A DNA stretch of 64,000 nucleotides from Chiloscyllium plagiosum (taxonomy: Eukaryota): contig NC_057718.1 in the NCBI RefSeq assembly GCF_004010195.1, forward strand, positions 23,544,612 to 23,608,611. Direction: 5' to 3'. Positions 49,793 to 62,639 of the stretch are shown here, piece after piece; the first letter of the stretch is position 1; every line of letters begins with the position of its first letter. The position numbers and the translations under genes are program-made. A model generated the notes under the pieces. That model was not told where the DNA came from, ran no database searches, and saw only the letters and a program-made list of their open reading frames with translations.

Positions 49793-50099
49793 GGGCGGCA
49801 CGGTGGCACAGTGGTTAGCACTGCTGCCTCACAGCGCCAGAGACCCGGGTTCAATTCCTGCCTCAGGCGACTGACTGTGTGGAGTTTGCACATTCTCCCC
49901 GTGTCTGCGTGGGTTTCCTCCTAGTGCTCCGGTTTCTCCCACAAACCAAAGATGTGCAGGGTCAGGTGAATTAGCTATGCTAAATTGTCCGTAGTGTTAT
50001 GTAAGGGGTAAATGTAGGGGTGTGAGTGGCTGGCGGGTCGGTGTGGACTTGTTAGGCTAAAGGGCCTGTTTCCACACTGTAAAGTAATCTAATCTAATC
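49793..50099 (+). mobile_element. Full-length HE1 SINE
   Basis: gggcggcacggtggcacagtggttagcactgctgcctcacagcgccagagacccgggttcaattcc; V-domain; (taatc)n. Confidence 0.95.
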
Positions 50100-52494
50100 A
50101 TGAGACCCGGAAAGGAAATAATTCTCCTCAACTGTCAGCATTCCAAGTTTGAGAAAGATAGATAATATTAACAATCAAACTATTAGTAATTTTAATTGCA
50201 GTGTTCAGCTCTTCAAAGCCATCTTTGTACTGTATTCATGGTCCCAAACTTAGCTGTGATATACATGAGGTAAGACTGGTACCTCTCACTGTACAATATA
50301 CAACTTGAGGCATTTTCTGCAGTCACAGTACTCAGCAGTTTATAAAATTGGAACATGATGCAAAGAGAAATAAATAACAAGTATGCAACATTAGGAAAAC
50401 CCATAAGTTTAGAAACGCTGGTTCATAATTACAATAATCGAGTAAGTTAGAACATGTTAAATGATATTTACAGTCGACATGATCTACTGAAAGTAAAAGT
50501 GGGGCAGAAATTAAATGACTTCAGATGAGCTCCTTTCAAAGCAGCACTGACAGATTTAAAGCCTGGAAGCAATAAAGTGAATTGTGTTTACAGACAATGA
50601 GTCTAAACCTGAATTTAGTGACATACTTGGGGCCAGTGGCCATTTGGGTCTTAGGTTCAAGTAATAAAAAGGGAGGGCTTGACACCCACAGTTCCTGACA
50701 CTCTGCTACGACCCAGCCAACTCTTGCACACTGGACTCCCCTGAGAAGAAGCTTGCAGGAATGATACCAGGCAAAGAAGCTGGCAGGTGAGGGCAAGGTG
50801 TGAGAGGCATTGGCAGCTATCAGAAACCCAAGGATACAGACCTCAGGAACGTAAAGGAAGGAAGACCCAAACTGATTGAGGAAGATCAAATGATTCCTTG
50901 CAACTGAGTCCTGCAAAAGTCCATTTTAACCTGAACTAGTTTCTGTGGCTACAATTGGCATTGAGTGACCCAAGATTCGGGTTAAAATTGAGTTTTAGTT
51001 GGAATCACATTGTGAAATGTTTTAGGTAACAAGTATTTTGTATTTAAGTCACAAATTAAAATTGTTTTGTTTTATGATGGGAGAGATACTTAAAAAATCC
51101 ACCTTAGCAAGTTGTATTTTGGAACTGAAAGGCCTCAGTGAATTGTATCAATGCATTTTGCATTTTATCCACTTTAAAGCTGTATAAATTGTCATTTAGT
51201 TTAATAGTATCCTATTAGTCTTTTGTCCATATTTTTGATTTGAGTGATATTTAAAAATATTTTTTAAGTGGCTTTCTCTAATTATATCCCATTTCAAATG
51301 CTAAAAGTTCTGAAAAATAGGTGTTATGTTGCTACGTTTTAAGTCAGCTTTACAAACTGTACAGATAACCATACGGACTTCACCAGAGATCAAGTAACAA
51401 TTCTACATCATGATTGTTGTACATATTGGGAATAAACTGGAAACTTTGCAGTTAAAGGGACATGAGATGGATTGCGAGGGATAGAGGAGCATTTTTGAAT
51501 TTCTAATTTCCAAAAGGCACTTTGGCCCATTGTGTCTGTACTGATGAAAAACATCCTAACTATTCTCATCCCACTTTCCAGTACTTGGCCCATGGCCTTG
51601 TAGGCACATCAAAAATGTGCATATCCAATTCCCGATTGCTCGGTTGAAGACATAGCCAGATGCCCACAACCTTGGAGCTCCTTCTAATCTATATTGATTT
51701 AAATTGGATATGTCTCCTGAATTGTGGATGAAAACCGCTGTGTACCTGTTTTACCTTGATGTGGCAAGCATCCTGAGCTCCAGTGGATTGGTTGCTCTTT
51801 TGATTGAGAACTGCACACTTGACATTGTAATTTCTTTTGCTGTCATTGCTTTCCTTCAGTACGCTTGAGTTCTTGTGACATGGGTTGGGAACTAATTGAG
51901 TAGCGAGAGACAGCGATTAGGGATAAAGGGGACATATTGACAGGATTTGATAAGTGGTTTTTCTCAGGGTTCTGTACTGACACCATAACTTTGTGTGGCA
52001 TACACAATTGACTTGGTTAAGGAATAGAATTTCAATGTTGTGAAAAGAGGGAGCCAGGTCATCAAAGGTTTTTCATCTTGCGCTCATCAGTACTGATACA
52101 AGAATGCCAGATCTAGATTTAATAATTTATACCACAGGAGGAAAGAGGTACTAATTGGTTAGCAGGTTGATTCTCATTGGCTGAGGCATTGCCATGGACA
52201 AAGCAATAAGAAATCAAAAGCTCCATATCCTTCTGAGTAACTCAAAAAAGCATAAGGCTTGAACAGAAAATGATTTCCTGCATAACAAAATTCAAAATTT
52301 GTGTTTTTTTAACTCCCTGTGTTCATGTCAAATGAGTCACAGGTGCCAATATTAGTGGCTAAGGTTAAGTGGTAAGGATTTAGATAGCTCAGTTGGCTGG
52401 ATGGCTAATTTGCAAAAACAGAGTGATGCTAATAGTGTGGGTTCAATTCCAGCATTGGCTGAGGATACATTGAAGGCTTACTCCTGCTTCTAAA

Positions 52495-52870
52495 TCCAAT
52501 TTTCCTGTTTGGAGATTAGGCCTATATTTCCGAGGTTTTATAAGGATGAAAAATGTCTGCTGGTGAAGCATAGAGGTTTCTAAATGCTGGACAGGGTAGA
52601 AGTGGTGACAAGGCATCCTCTGGCTAGAAGTTTAGAACTGTGTGCTACAGTCTCAGAATTAGGGGTCAGCCATTCACTACAAAGGAGAGAAAAAAATTCC
52701 TTTACTCAAAACCTTACGAATTCTCTTTTCCAAAACAGAAATTAATAGGCTTTTGGACATTAAGGGGATCAAGAGATATGGTGTTAGGCTGAAAAGGTGA
52801 AGTTTCAATTCAAGATCGGCCATGATATTACGGAATGGTAGAGTAGGCTTGATGGACCAAATCTTACATT
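52495..52870 (+). mobile_element. Old CR1 3' fragment
   Basis: cagtctcagaattaggggtcagccattc...aaggggatcaagagatatgg...gatcggccatgat. Confidence 0.7.
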
Positions 52871-54894
52871 CTTGAGACATCAACAGAGTATGTACGTCAT
52901 TAGGAGATACTTGCTACATCTTGGTGCGGTCATTGGCTAGGAATTGGAGAAAGACAATAGGAATCTTCTTGTAACAAGGGAGTGATGACAGTGGAGAAGT
53001 CATGATCTGTACCAACTCCTGTTTGCCCAGGAACAGCTGTGCTAAATGCAATAACTAAAAATATCACAGTGGAGCACATCTGGAAAATACATGCTCCATG
53101 AAACACATGCACAGCTTTGACTGAACCACTATCAACCAAGAACAGCTGATCTCATAGTGAAATGTCTTACTTTGCTAGATCAAGCTCAAAACACAAACTA
53201 TGGGTGCAAATATTTACCCCCTTCTATTAGACAGTTTGATGATGACTATTTTCTTTGTATGAAATCTGCAGAGTATTCATGTGGAGTTTCAGTGATAGTC
53301 TCTTGCCTTGATAACTTTGACTTTAGCCAAGGATATATCTGTCCTCTCAGGATTATCTAAGAGAGGGTGGAGTGGAGACAAAAAGCCTTCGTGTTTCAAT
53401 AATTACAAAGGATTATATTTCATGAAAAATCTTAATTCATTGGAGTCATTCACTTCAAAACTGGGCCTTGATTCCATTTCAATCCTTAGTCTATCTAAGA
53501 TGATCATTAAATTAACCTTACATATTCTCAATTGAAACTGCAAGGCCATTCCCATGACACTGAGAGAGGGCAGAAAAGTTAAATTGTTCGGCAAGAAATA
53601 TATTCAGGGGTAAATAATTCCTCCACCATACAATTGATTTTCATGTGTCACAAATGATTCTGTTTGCTTCACTTAGCCTGAATCAATCGATGCAACACTA
53701 ATGAGATTTTAACAGTTTTGCAAATGGAGATGTAGTTGAACTGCCACAACCAACCTATACATACAGCAGGAGGAGGGTGCAGCAAGCTGGAGAGACCTAC
53801 TGACTGACTGCTTTGCACAGTGGGCAGTTAGAACATTTTTCTTTTAATTTAAATATTGGACTGCCTGTAATGTTCCAGTGTCTTCAGGGTTATTTCAATA
53901 TCTTTTCTCCCTCAGTTTGCTGCACTTTGTCCTGCTCGCTTAATTTGGCACAGACTTCCACTGCTATCTACTATCCTTCTGTCCCTCAAATCAAGTCGCT
54001 GTTTCTTTTCTGTTGGTAAATGTTGCTGATGTCGGTTAGCTATTGACCCACAGTATACTTAGTGTCCACAGGCACACTTTTAGCAGAGATTAGAAATGAA
54101 GGGTTAGGACCTTTCTGCTGAATGTTGCTCTATAGCAGAAAACACAATGCACTTATCACTGAAATCCAAAGAAACATTGGAGACCAGAGTTTCAAATAAT
54201 TGACCAAAAAAAGTCAATATAATGTGTACCAAAGTAGTTAAACATATGCAGGTTTTAAGTGCAGGTTTTCAACACAAGTTAAATGCAATATTAATTCAAA
54301 TAGCTAGTCTTGTACTTAATTATAAAGTTAATTATACGTACAAAATGTTTGGGTAATAATACATTATAACTTGCATTTGATAATGATCTTTACAGTACAA
54401 GTATCCTCTGGACACCACTTGAAAGCAAAGATAATTTAGATAATTACATCTATTACCTTTCATCTCTGGTGAAATCCTCCCTGTGTAACATTCCCATTCT
54501 GTGTCAATTGCCATCATTACATGTGCAGCCCACTAATCTCAAGATGAAAATTTGGATGTTATGTATTTATTGCAGTGAGCTATGTAATGACTCTCTTGAA
54601 TATTCAGCTTTGAAAATATAAACATCAGTGGGATCCACCACCTGTTTAAGGTGTTAAGAAGTTTTGTTGCAGAGAGGGAACCCAGTGTTTGCTCCCTGCT
54701 TGATGTGAATAGATGGCTGTAGAGAATTATGATTGCTTTCCGTGACCCCAAACAGAAAGAAGGGGCAATCTGTCAACGGTTACATTTTTAACAGCGATCC
54801 ACTCCTGTCAGAAAAGCTTAGGTTGACTTTTATGCTCCCCAAGGGAGGGATGTAAGATGGGCATGGGTCTTACAATTAAATGCCACCCAACATT

Positions 54895-56345
54895 ACAGGC
54901 TTGTTCAAGAAAGATCAAAAGGGTAAGTCCAGAAATTACTGACTAGTCCATTCACCTTCAGTGGTGGGAAGCTGCTAGAGACAATTATTAGGATAGAATT
55001 AGTGGTCACATGATTAGGAAAAGTCAGCATGGGTTTTTAAAGGGGAAATCATGTCTAACTAACTTGCTGACATTATTTGAGTAGGTAACAGAAAGCCTCA
55101 ATAAGAGTAATGCTGTCGATGTAGTGTATATGGATTTCCAGAAAGCGTCTGATCCAGTGCCACACAGCATTACAGGCTGTGAAATAAAAAAGGTTAGTAA
55201 CAATATGGACACAAAATTAGCTGGGTGAGCGGAAAACAACGGAAAAGGCTCAATGGATTTTTTTTCCGGCTGGAGGAAGGTTATAGTGGAGTGCCTCCAA
55301 GGGTCAGTATCGATACATATGAATGATCTAGATCTTGGTGTGCAGGGGACAATTTCAAAAGACACAAAACTTGGAAGAATTGTAAACTGTGGGGAGGACA
55401 GTGTGGAACTCCAAAAAGGCATTGACAAATTGATGGAAAGGTAGCAGGTAAGTTTCAATTCAGAAAAATGTGAAGTGATGCATTTTGGTAGGAAGAACCC
55501 TGAAAGGTAATTTAAAATAAAAGATACAATTCTAAAGAAGATGCAGGAGCAGAGACACCTGGGTGTATATGTGCACAGACCATTGAAGTTAGCAAGGCAA
55601 GTGGAGAGAGTAGCTAATGAGCATATAATATCCTTGGCTTTATTAAATCAGGCATAGTGTACAATAACGAGGAGGTGATGTTGAATTTGTGTAAGAAATT
55701 TGTCAGCTGAAGTACTGTGGAGAGCACTGGGTGCCATTTTATTGGAAGGATATGAATGCATTGGAGAGTATGGAGAAACAATTTACAAAAATGCTTCAAG
55801 GGATGAGAAACTTGAGTGATGGGGATGGATTGAAGAAGTTGGGACTGCTCACCTTGGAGGGAAGAAGGCCGAAGGGAGATTTGATACAGATTTTCAAAAT
55901 CTTGAGTGGACTGGATAGGGTAGATAGAGATAAACAGTTCCCACTTGTAATGGGAAGAAGGAGGAGAGAATATAGATTTCAAGTGATTTGCAAAAGAAAC
56001 AAGGGTAAAGTGAGGAATAGCTTCTTCACATAGTGTGTAGTTAGGATATGGAATGTACTGCCTGAAAATGTGGTGGAGGCAGATTCAACTGAGGCATTCA
56101 AGAGGCATTGGATGATTATTTGTTTAAAAATAGTATGTGAGGATATGGAGAAAAAGCAAGAGATTGGCACAAAAACAAAAATTGCTGGAGAATCTCAGCA
56201 GGTCTGGCAGCATTTGAGGAGAGAAAGCACGGTTAATGTTTTGGATTCAGTTGACCTCCTTCAGAAGAGATTGTCACTGGATAATGATGCTCATTTGACG
56301 AGTTGGCACATGCACAACGGGCCAAATGGCCTCTTTCCATGCTGT
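54895..56345 (+). mobile_element. Old CR1 ORF2 RT region and 3' end
   Basis: SQHGFLKGKSCLTNLL, VDVVYMDFQKA, NDLDLGVQGTISK.TKLG, LLTLEGRRPKGDLIQIFKIL. Confidence 0.88.
56168..56268 (-). mobile_element. Older PLE terminal repeat nested in the CR1 tail
   Basis: Minus strand tt-CTGAAGG-aggtcaactgaatcc-aaaacattaac. Confidence 0.65.
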
Positions 56346-56662
56346 AAGCCAAAAAAAAAGTTGTGTTGTTGCTCTCAGTTCAATAAATCCCAAATTAAAG
56401 CCGACTGTGGAATTTCAAGTGCAAAAGATATCTGTTGAATAAGATAATAGTTCTAATGAGTTGGTGTTCATGTTATGTTGGCTCCACCAAGGGGCAGAGA
56501 CAGAAATTACACTGTTCCTGGCCTGGGCATGGCCCCTGATCCAAGCACAGAGGCCAGCCCCAACCTGAAAACAGTGGGTCCCCTGAAACCCTGTGCTGGT
56601 CTACTCTTGTCCTGAGGCCTGGCTCCACCTGTTCTCCTGATGTCACACTCGGTCTGTGGGTG

Positions 56663-56838
56663 GAACCACCTAACCTGCACACCTTTGGATTGTGGGTGGA
56701 AACCAGAGAACACAGAGAAAAACCAAGCAGGCATGGGGAGAATGTGTAAACTTCTCACAGATAGTTGCCCAAGGCTGGAATCAAACCTAGATCCCTGGCA
56801 CTATGAGGCAGCAGTGCTAATCACTGAGCTAACGTGCT
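56663..56838 (-). mobile_element. HE1 SINE 5' fragment
   Basis: aggcagcagtgctaatcactgagc; tgtgggtggaaaccagag. Confidence 0.8.
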
Positions 56839-56949
56839 TTCAGAGAGAGATGATGTATTGCACCAGCTCTCTGAGGTCTTTGTAAGTATACCTGACCAAA
56901 TGTAGTTATATTTATTGTTCTCATGTAATAAACCTTGCTATCTAAGAAC

Positions 56950-57225
56950 AATGTCTCTTCTGTAGATGGTCTACGATCCTGTATCCTCTAACACTGATGT
57001 CTCTTCTGTAGATACTATATGCTGCTATATCCTCTACCACTAACGTTTCTTCTGTAGATGCACTATGCTGCTGTATCCTCTACCACCAATGTTTCTGCTG
57101 AAGATACTCTATGCTGCTGTATCCTCTATCACTAATGTCTCTGCTGTAGATACTCTATGAAGTTGTATCCTCTACCATCAATGTTTCTGCTATAGATACT
57201 CTATACTAGTGTATCCTCTACCACT
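56950..57225. repeat. Minisatellite, 6 x 46 bp
   Basis: Consensus aatgtctctgctgtagatactctatgctgctgtatcctctaccact; exact 46-bp period. Confidence 0.92.
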
Positions 57226-57589
57226 AATGAGATAGGCCCAAGACACACCAAACACAACTTAGGATTAATGGCAGCAAACTACCTCAAACAACTCTAAGTC
57301 ATTGCCACCCACTGGTAGAGATGGCTGCAGAGACGGTTAATAAAAAGCAAGATCAAGATCAATATGAAGATCAAGGCTGTTGTAGCAGTTATTGTTTCCA
57401 CGCACAGATGCATGTGTAATCAACAGAGTGGGTGGAGCTCAATATAACATGAGAATTAATTCCTTCAGAAACATTACTTTATATTCCAGACAGCACTTGG
57501 AAGAACATTTGAAAAAAATCAACATGCTGCCAGGTAATTTACCTCATCAAACGTGCTCTGCTATTCAATAACATCATGTCTGCTCTGAC

Positions 57590-58015
57590 TGGGGAGGAGA
57601 TGCAATGGTGATAATATTGCTGGACTAGTTTTCAAGATACCCAGAATTAAGTTGTGGTGACATGGGTTAGCAATGGCCAACTCAAACCACAATCAATTGC
57701 TATAAAACCCCATCTGGTTCACTCAGGTCCCTAGGGAAGGATATTTGTCTTCTTTATTTGGTCTGACTTACATCCCAGAGGGGAACATCAGTAAACACTA
57801 GTCTGACCCAGCTTGTATACCATAAATTGACAGTCCAGTATATTCATTTCTAGCATGACTGAATCTTATTACTGTGTCTTCTCTCTAGAATGTGATAGTA
57901 AAGCCACCAGCAATGTAGTTGACTCCTACCTACCCTCTGAAATGACCTAGCAAGGCCAATTATTTCAAGAGCAATTGGGGACGGGCAAGAAATGTTTGCC
58001 TTACCAGCAATTCCT
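57590..58015 (+). mobile_element. tRNA-derived SINE (30903 family), diverged
   Basis: aaaacccatctggttcact...tail gcaattggggacgggcaagaaatgtttgccttaccagc. Confidence 0.65.
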
Positions 58016-58017
58016 GT

Positions 58018-58905
58018 CTCCTATGGAAGAAGTGACACACTTTTGAATATACCCAAAAATCTAGGCTGCACCCATCTTTTGGGAAATGAATTCCAAACAT
58101 TTATGACACTCTGGGAGAGGACATTCCTTCTCATATCTATTTTCAATAATGGACCTCTTGATGATAAAAAGTAGCTACTAGTTTTAGTTTCCCCTGTGAG
58201 AGGAAATATCTTCTGAGCATTTACCTTACCAATCGCCCTTGGAATCTTATATTTTAAAAAACTTTGCCTTTCATTCTTCCAAAAACACTCCAATCATCTC
58301 AATCTTTCCCAAAAGATCATTTCTTCATCCCAGGAATCAATCTAGTGAACATTCTATAAACAGCTTTCAATGCAATTATATCCCTCTTTAAGTAAGAGGT
58401 CAGAACTAGACACAATATTCTACATGTGGTCTCACCAATGCCCTGCACATATGTACCAAAATTTACATACTTATATACTTCATTCCCTTTAAAAGCCAAT
58501 GCTCCCTTTTCTTGCAATTACTTGTTTTTCTTGCATGCAATTCATATGCAAGGCAATCCAAATCCAACCATACCATTGCATTCTGCAATTTCCCTCCATT
58601 ATTCTTTCCTGTTCTTCCTGCCAAAGTGAACAATGTCACATTTTTCCCACATTATATTCCATTTATCAAGTTTTTGGCCATTAATTTCATCAGCTGTACC
58701 CCTGCACATCTGAATCCTTCCTATCTGTTTCCTGCCTATCTTTAAGTTGTCAGAAAAAATTATTACCACATTGTCAGTTTCTTCACAGAATCAATTAATT
58801 TGGATCATTTCTCTTTGAGACCCCAGCATTTATCTCTGCACCACTCCATTAGTTACAATTTTACATCCTCAAAATGATCCATTTATCCAAACACTGTTTC
58901 CTGTT
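58018..58905 (-). mobile_element. Old CR1 fragment
   Basis: YLKRDIIALKAVYRMFTRLIPGM; IDMRRNVLSQSVINVWNS. Confidence 0.8.
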
Positions 58906-60214
58906 ACTAAAACAATAAAATATAAAGTGAAGAAACTATTCAATAGAACTGACGGCATCTGTGGAGAAGATGAGTTAAGGCGTGAAATCATTTATGGGCA
59001 TGAACAATGTGGACCATGGGGAGATCTGTGGCAGAGTTGTGCAAGACGTTTTGAGAGGCCTATCTTAGTCTCAGGAGCAGTTCTTGGCATCTTTTATTCA
59101 GCTGTTGAGCAGCGTGACAAGTTTCTCAGTAGGCAGCGACAATTTACCACTTAAGGGAGGTTTCTAGCTTGTTAAACACCTTATTAATGGCACATCTTAC
59201 CTCATTAATAATCAGCTTCCCAGCTTAACACATCAAACAACTAGACATTGAGAATTCTGGATATGGAAGTCACAGAGGGTACCTGATACCTTCAGTTCAC
59301 AGTTTCCCCAGAGGGCATCCATGTTTCACATCAGGCACTAGCATCTCAGGGCATGCTGCATGGGCACTGACCACTTGCACCCCATATCTACAGCACTGGC
59401 CCCTGACACATATCAGCCTTGAAAAACCTGCATGGCATGTCTCCAATTCACTTACAGGACACGTTTGCACTTCATTGCTGCACTGTCATTGTGATATGGC
59501 AGTTAGGACACTACATCAGAGACACATACCCAGCTCATGGGACTGGTCCTGGCTGCATCCCCAGGGTCTTCATTTTCTCTGATTGTCCTTGCTGTGAGTC
59601 TGGCTGGGTGCTTACAGTGTCCCTGCTTTGTATTATCTTACCTTGCCTTTTTGCACTTTGCTCCCTCAGTCAGACCTCTCAGCCTCACAGTGCTGTCATA
59701 TTGTGCTGATGTTTAAAGCAAAGAAAAAGATTGTAATTGTTGTCATCAAGTCTCTGTTGAATCAAGAGAGATAGCCTTTGCAAAGGAGGTCCCAGTACAG
59801 TAAGTCAAGGGCAGCCACTGATACTAGGTCAGGGCTTGGACATATCAATCATTCACTTGTGGTGATCAGAGTCTGGATGCTCTCCCCATAAGGGATGAGG
59901 AGCCAATTGTCAACAGCCTACCACCTTTCTTGATTTCTTTCTACCCTACTGTACATTATTTCCCTCTTGGAATGAGACAGAGACAGGTATTTAAGACGAC
60001 TTAAGCGGGTAGCACAGTTGTTACTGTCGGTGCAATGGGAAGGTGTACCAAGTGAGTGAGTGGGTAGCACTGAGGGTCTGCAGGATTAGTGTCATCAGGG
60101 ATTTGGGTAGGTTGCAGCAAATAGGGGAAGACATTGCAGGCAATAGTTAGAGTGGTGGGAGATGGGTTCAACAGCAGAGAGAGTGCGTGTAAGGTAGCAG
60201 AGAGATGCTGGCAG

Positions 60215-60449
60215 TTACACTGACAGATTGAAGAAGGTCATTGATCTTCCACTGACATTGCTTTGAGTTCCTTCAGGCATTTGAGACTACACTGACCAGA
60301 GTGGCTTCCTCCGACCAGGCTGGCATGGCCTGGTGTCATGACTTCCTCTTCTGATCCTGGGGTCAGATGACATCCTACTTGTGCACCACACCATCCAGCA
60401 GGACCTCCAGATCCCTGCCCACAAAGCAAAATTTCCCTTGTCGGCCATG
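60215..60449 (-). pseudogene. Harbinger/PIF Myb-SANT DNA-binding gene relic (element probably spans ~59000-60780)
   Basis: Hand translation FVGRDLEVLLDGVVHK*DVI...PAWSEEATLVS....RNSKQCQWKINDL fits the Myb/SANT-like pattern F...LE.L...V...W..IA..V...R...QC.KK.NDL. Confidence 0.65.
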
Positions 60450-61439
60450 TCCAGGGCAAATATCAGTGGGCATGCAGTGCAGTTCCAGATTAACAATGCT
60501 TGGCTGGATTCACAACTGCCTTTTAAAGATGGCACTGATATCAGAGATGCTGGGTAATTTAGGGGTGTCCTGGTGGTGACCAATTATTCCAGGAACTGTG
60601 TGTAGTATGATGGGGATAGAATTGGGCGAGAGTGGCCACCATAAGGCTGGGCTAGGTGGTTAACGAAGGAAGTTTAGTAAGATATGTTGGGAAAGCACAT
60701 TTCATCTCCCAGTAAAGAAAAACTCTCTGAAAGAATTCAACACAACTTGCACTTAGCCAAAAAAAAGTAAGGTTCAGTTCAATGTGTTTTTGTTAGGTAA
60801 GAAGCTTCTTTGAAGTTGTGAGTTCGAATCAGAGTCATTGACTGTCACTATAATTCTGTTTTCACTTAATTTGAAATCCAACTGGTCACAAATGTGAAAA
60901 AAAAGGCCTGCTCAAACTCTACACATTAACTATGCTAGTCAGAGAGCAGGACTGATGGTTCCATCAAAGGTTTGATTCTCCACTGGTATGAATAGAGTAG
61001 TAGTCATGCAGCTAATGAAAAAGACATTATAACAAATCAATCTTCACTGAAAGTAAAATCTATGGGCTAATCTTTTGATGATTTGGCCAAGTTCAAAAGG
61101 CAGAGTGGTAACACTCTCACCTCTGAGTCAGAGGTCAATGGAACATAGGCAATCGCTATGTGGAGATCAAAGCCAGTCATGACATGTTCTTTTGGGGGAA
61201 CCGGGATGGGCAATAAATGCTGTCTTCTCAGTAGCCCTCGTGTTGCATGAATGAATGAAAATTCCAGATCAGACAGCACAGCACAAAACCTAGCACTGAC
61301 ATGCCAATTCAGGATATAACCAAAGCACAAAGGAGAGCGGGCATCAACGATTCAATATCATCATTTCAAAGTCATGATGTGGACAGGAGAGGTTGGGTCA
61401 ATATTTCCACCCCAACCAGCAAGTTATCAGCTTCTAATC

Positions 61440-61583
61440 CCTTTCTTGTTTTTGGGCTCTTTCTGTGTACAAATTGACTGATGTGTTTTCTGCATTACAG
61501 CAGTGAGTAATTTCAAAAAGATTTCAAAGGTACAATGGAAATTCTGAGGTCATGAAAGGTATTTTTTTAAATAGCACTTCTTC
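61440..61583 (+). mobile_element. Deu-domain SINE 3' fragment
   Basis: tgtgtacaaattgactgatgtgttttctgcattacagcagtgag...ctgaggtcatgaaaggt; homologous to 21783-21900. Confidence 0.65.
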
Positions 61584-62639
61584 AAATCTACTAACCTGAT
61601 ATAATTTTCAGGCAGGCTTTTAAATGGTGTTCCAATACTCTTGGCCAAATTACACAAACCAGAATCCTACTCTGTTGTCTGACTAATTGTAATCTTTGCA
61701 GAACAATGGTTCAGATCATCACCTTGTTGCTGCAGCAGTCTCACTGAGACCCGGTGAGTTTGCCCAAATCGGAAATTTCCCCTTTCCACTCTCACCCGTT
61801 GCCCTCTGATTTACAATTAGTTAGATCCAGTCCCTCAAAAGGTTCCTGAATTTAATTCCTCCACGTCGTTCACTGGGACAAAAGGAGAAATATGTCACCG
61901 AAACCTTTTGGAATGTCAAGCACAATCTCTTATTCTCATATTTACTGTAAATACTGATTATTGCCAAAGTTCAAATACATTAATAGTAATCGAGTAAATA
62001 TTTGAACAGTATAATTTGTCCCTTGCTCCAGTTCCTTTTCTGTAATGCTAATGTTCTACAATAGTAAAGTACAGACCTTAGTGAATACTGTAACCCAGCT
62101 GCTGCTATTGAATATAAATGAAGGATTCTGGATTCTTCATGTAGAATTTATTAAACAACAACTGATCTGGTCTGATGTCAACAAGAATGAGACTTATTTG
62201 TAACTCCAGATACTCTGGCTGATGTCTTCCTAATGTTCAGCCTTAATGAGTCATCAAACTGTACTTTGTGTCCAAATTTTGCTGAGGGTTTCCATCATCC
62301 CAGGATGATAACTGAGTACACTCTGTTCCAAAGCAGCCTATCTTCCTTAATTGCTTAACTGACTGACCGATCCTCCAAAATATTCCACTGCAGTTCATTG
62401 AGAGCAATGTATTTAGTGTGTCTCTTTACTCCCTATTCATGGAGCTTTCTAAACCCTTTAGGACGTATGGATAGGAGCAGAAGCAAGCCATTCAGCCCAT
62501 CTAATCTACTCCATCATTTAATGAGACAATGGTTGATCTGATCATCTTCAACTTTCCTGCCTTTTCACAGTAACGCTGACTGATTAAAAATCTGTCTCAG
62601 TCTTTCATATAATTTTCAATGCCTTGTATCCTTGAGCCG

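Noticed and set aside
49793..49870. tRNA gene
   Set aside because: The A/B boxes belong to the tRNA-derived head of an HE1 SINE, followed by the V-domain and tail; the same applies to the other SINE heads.
53030..53150. Muscle enhancer (CAGCTG E-boxes plus MEF2-like ctaaaaatat)
   Set aside because: Short motifs with an imperfect MEF2 match; not distinguishable from chance without conservation data.
56950..57225. Repeat-spacer array
   Set aside because: Units are homologous over their whole length; an ordinary minisatellite.
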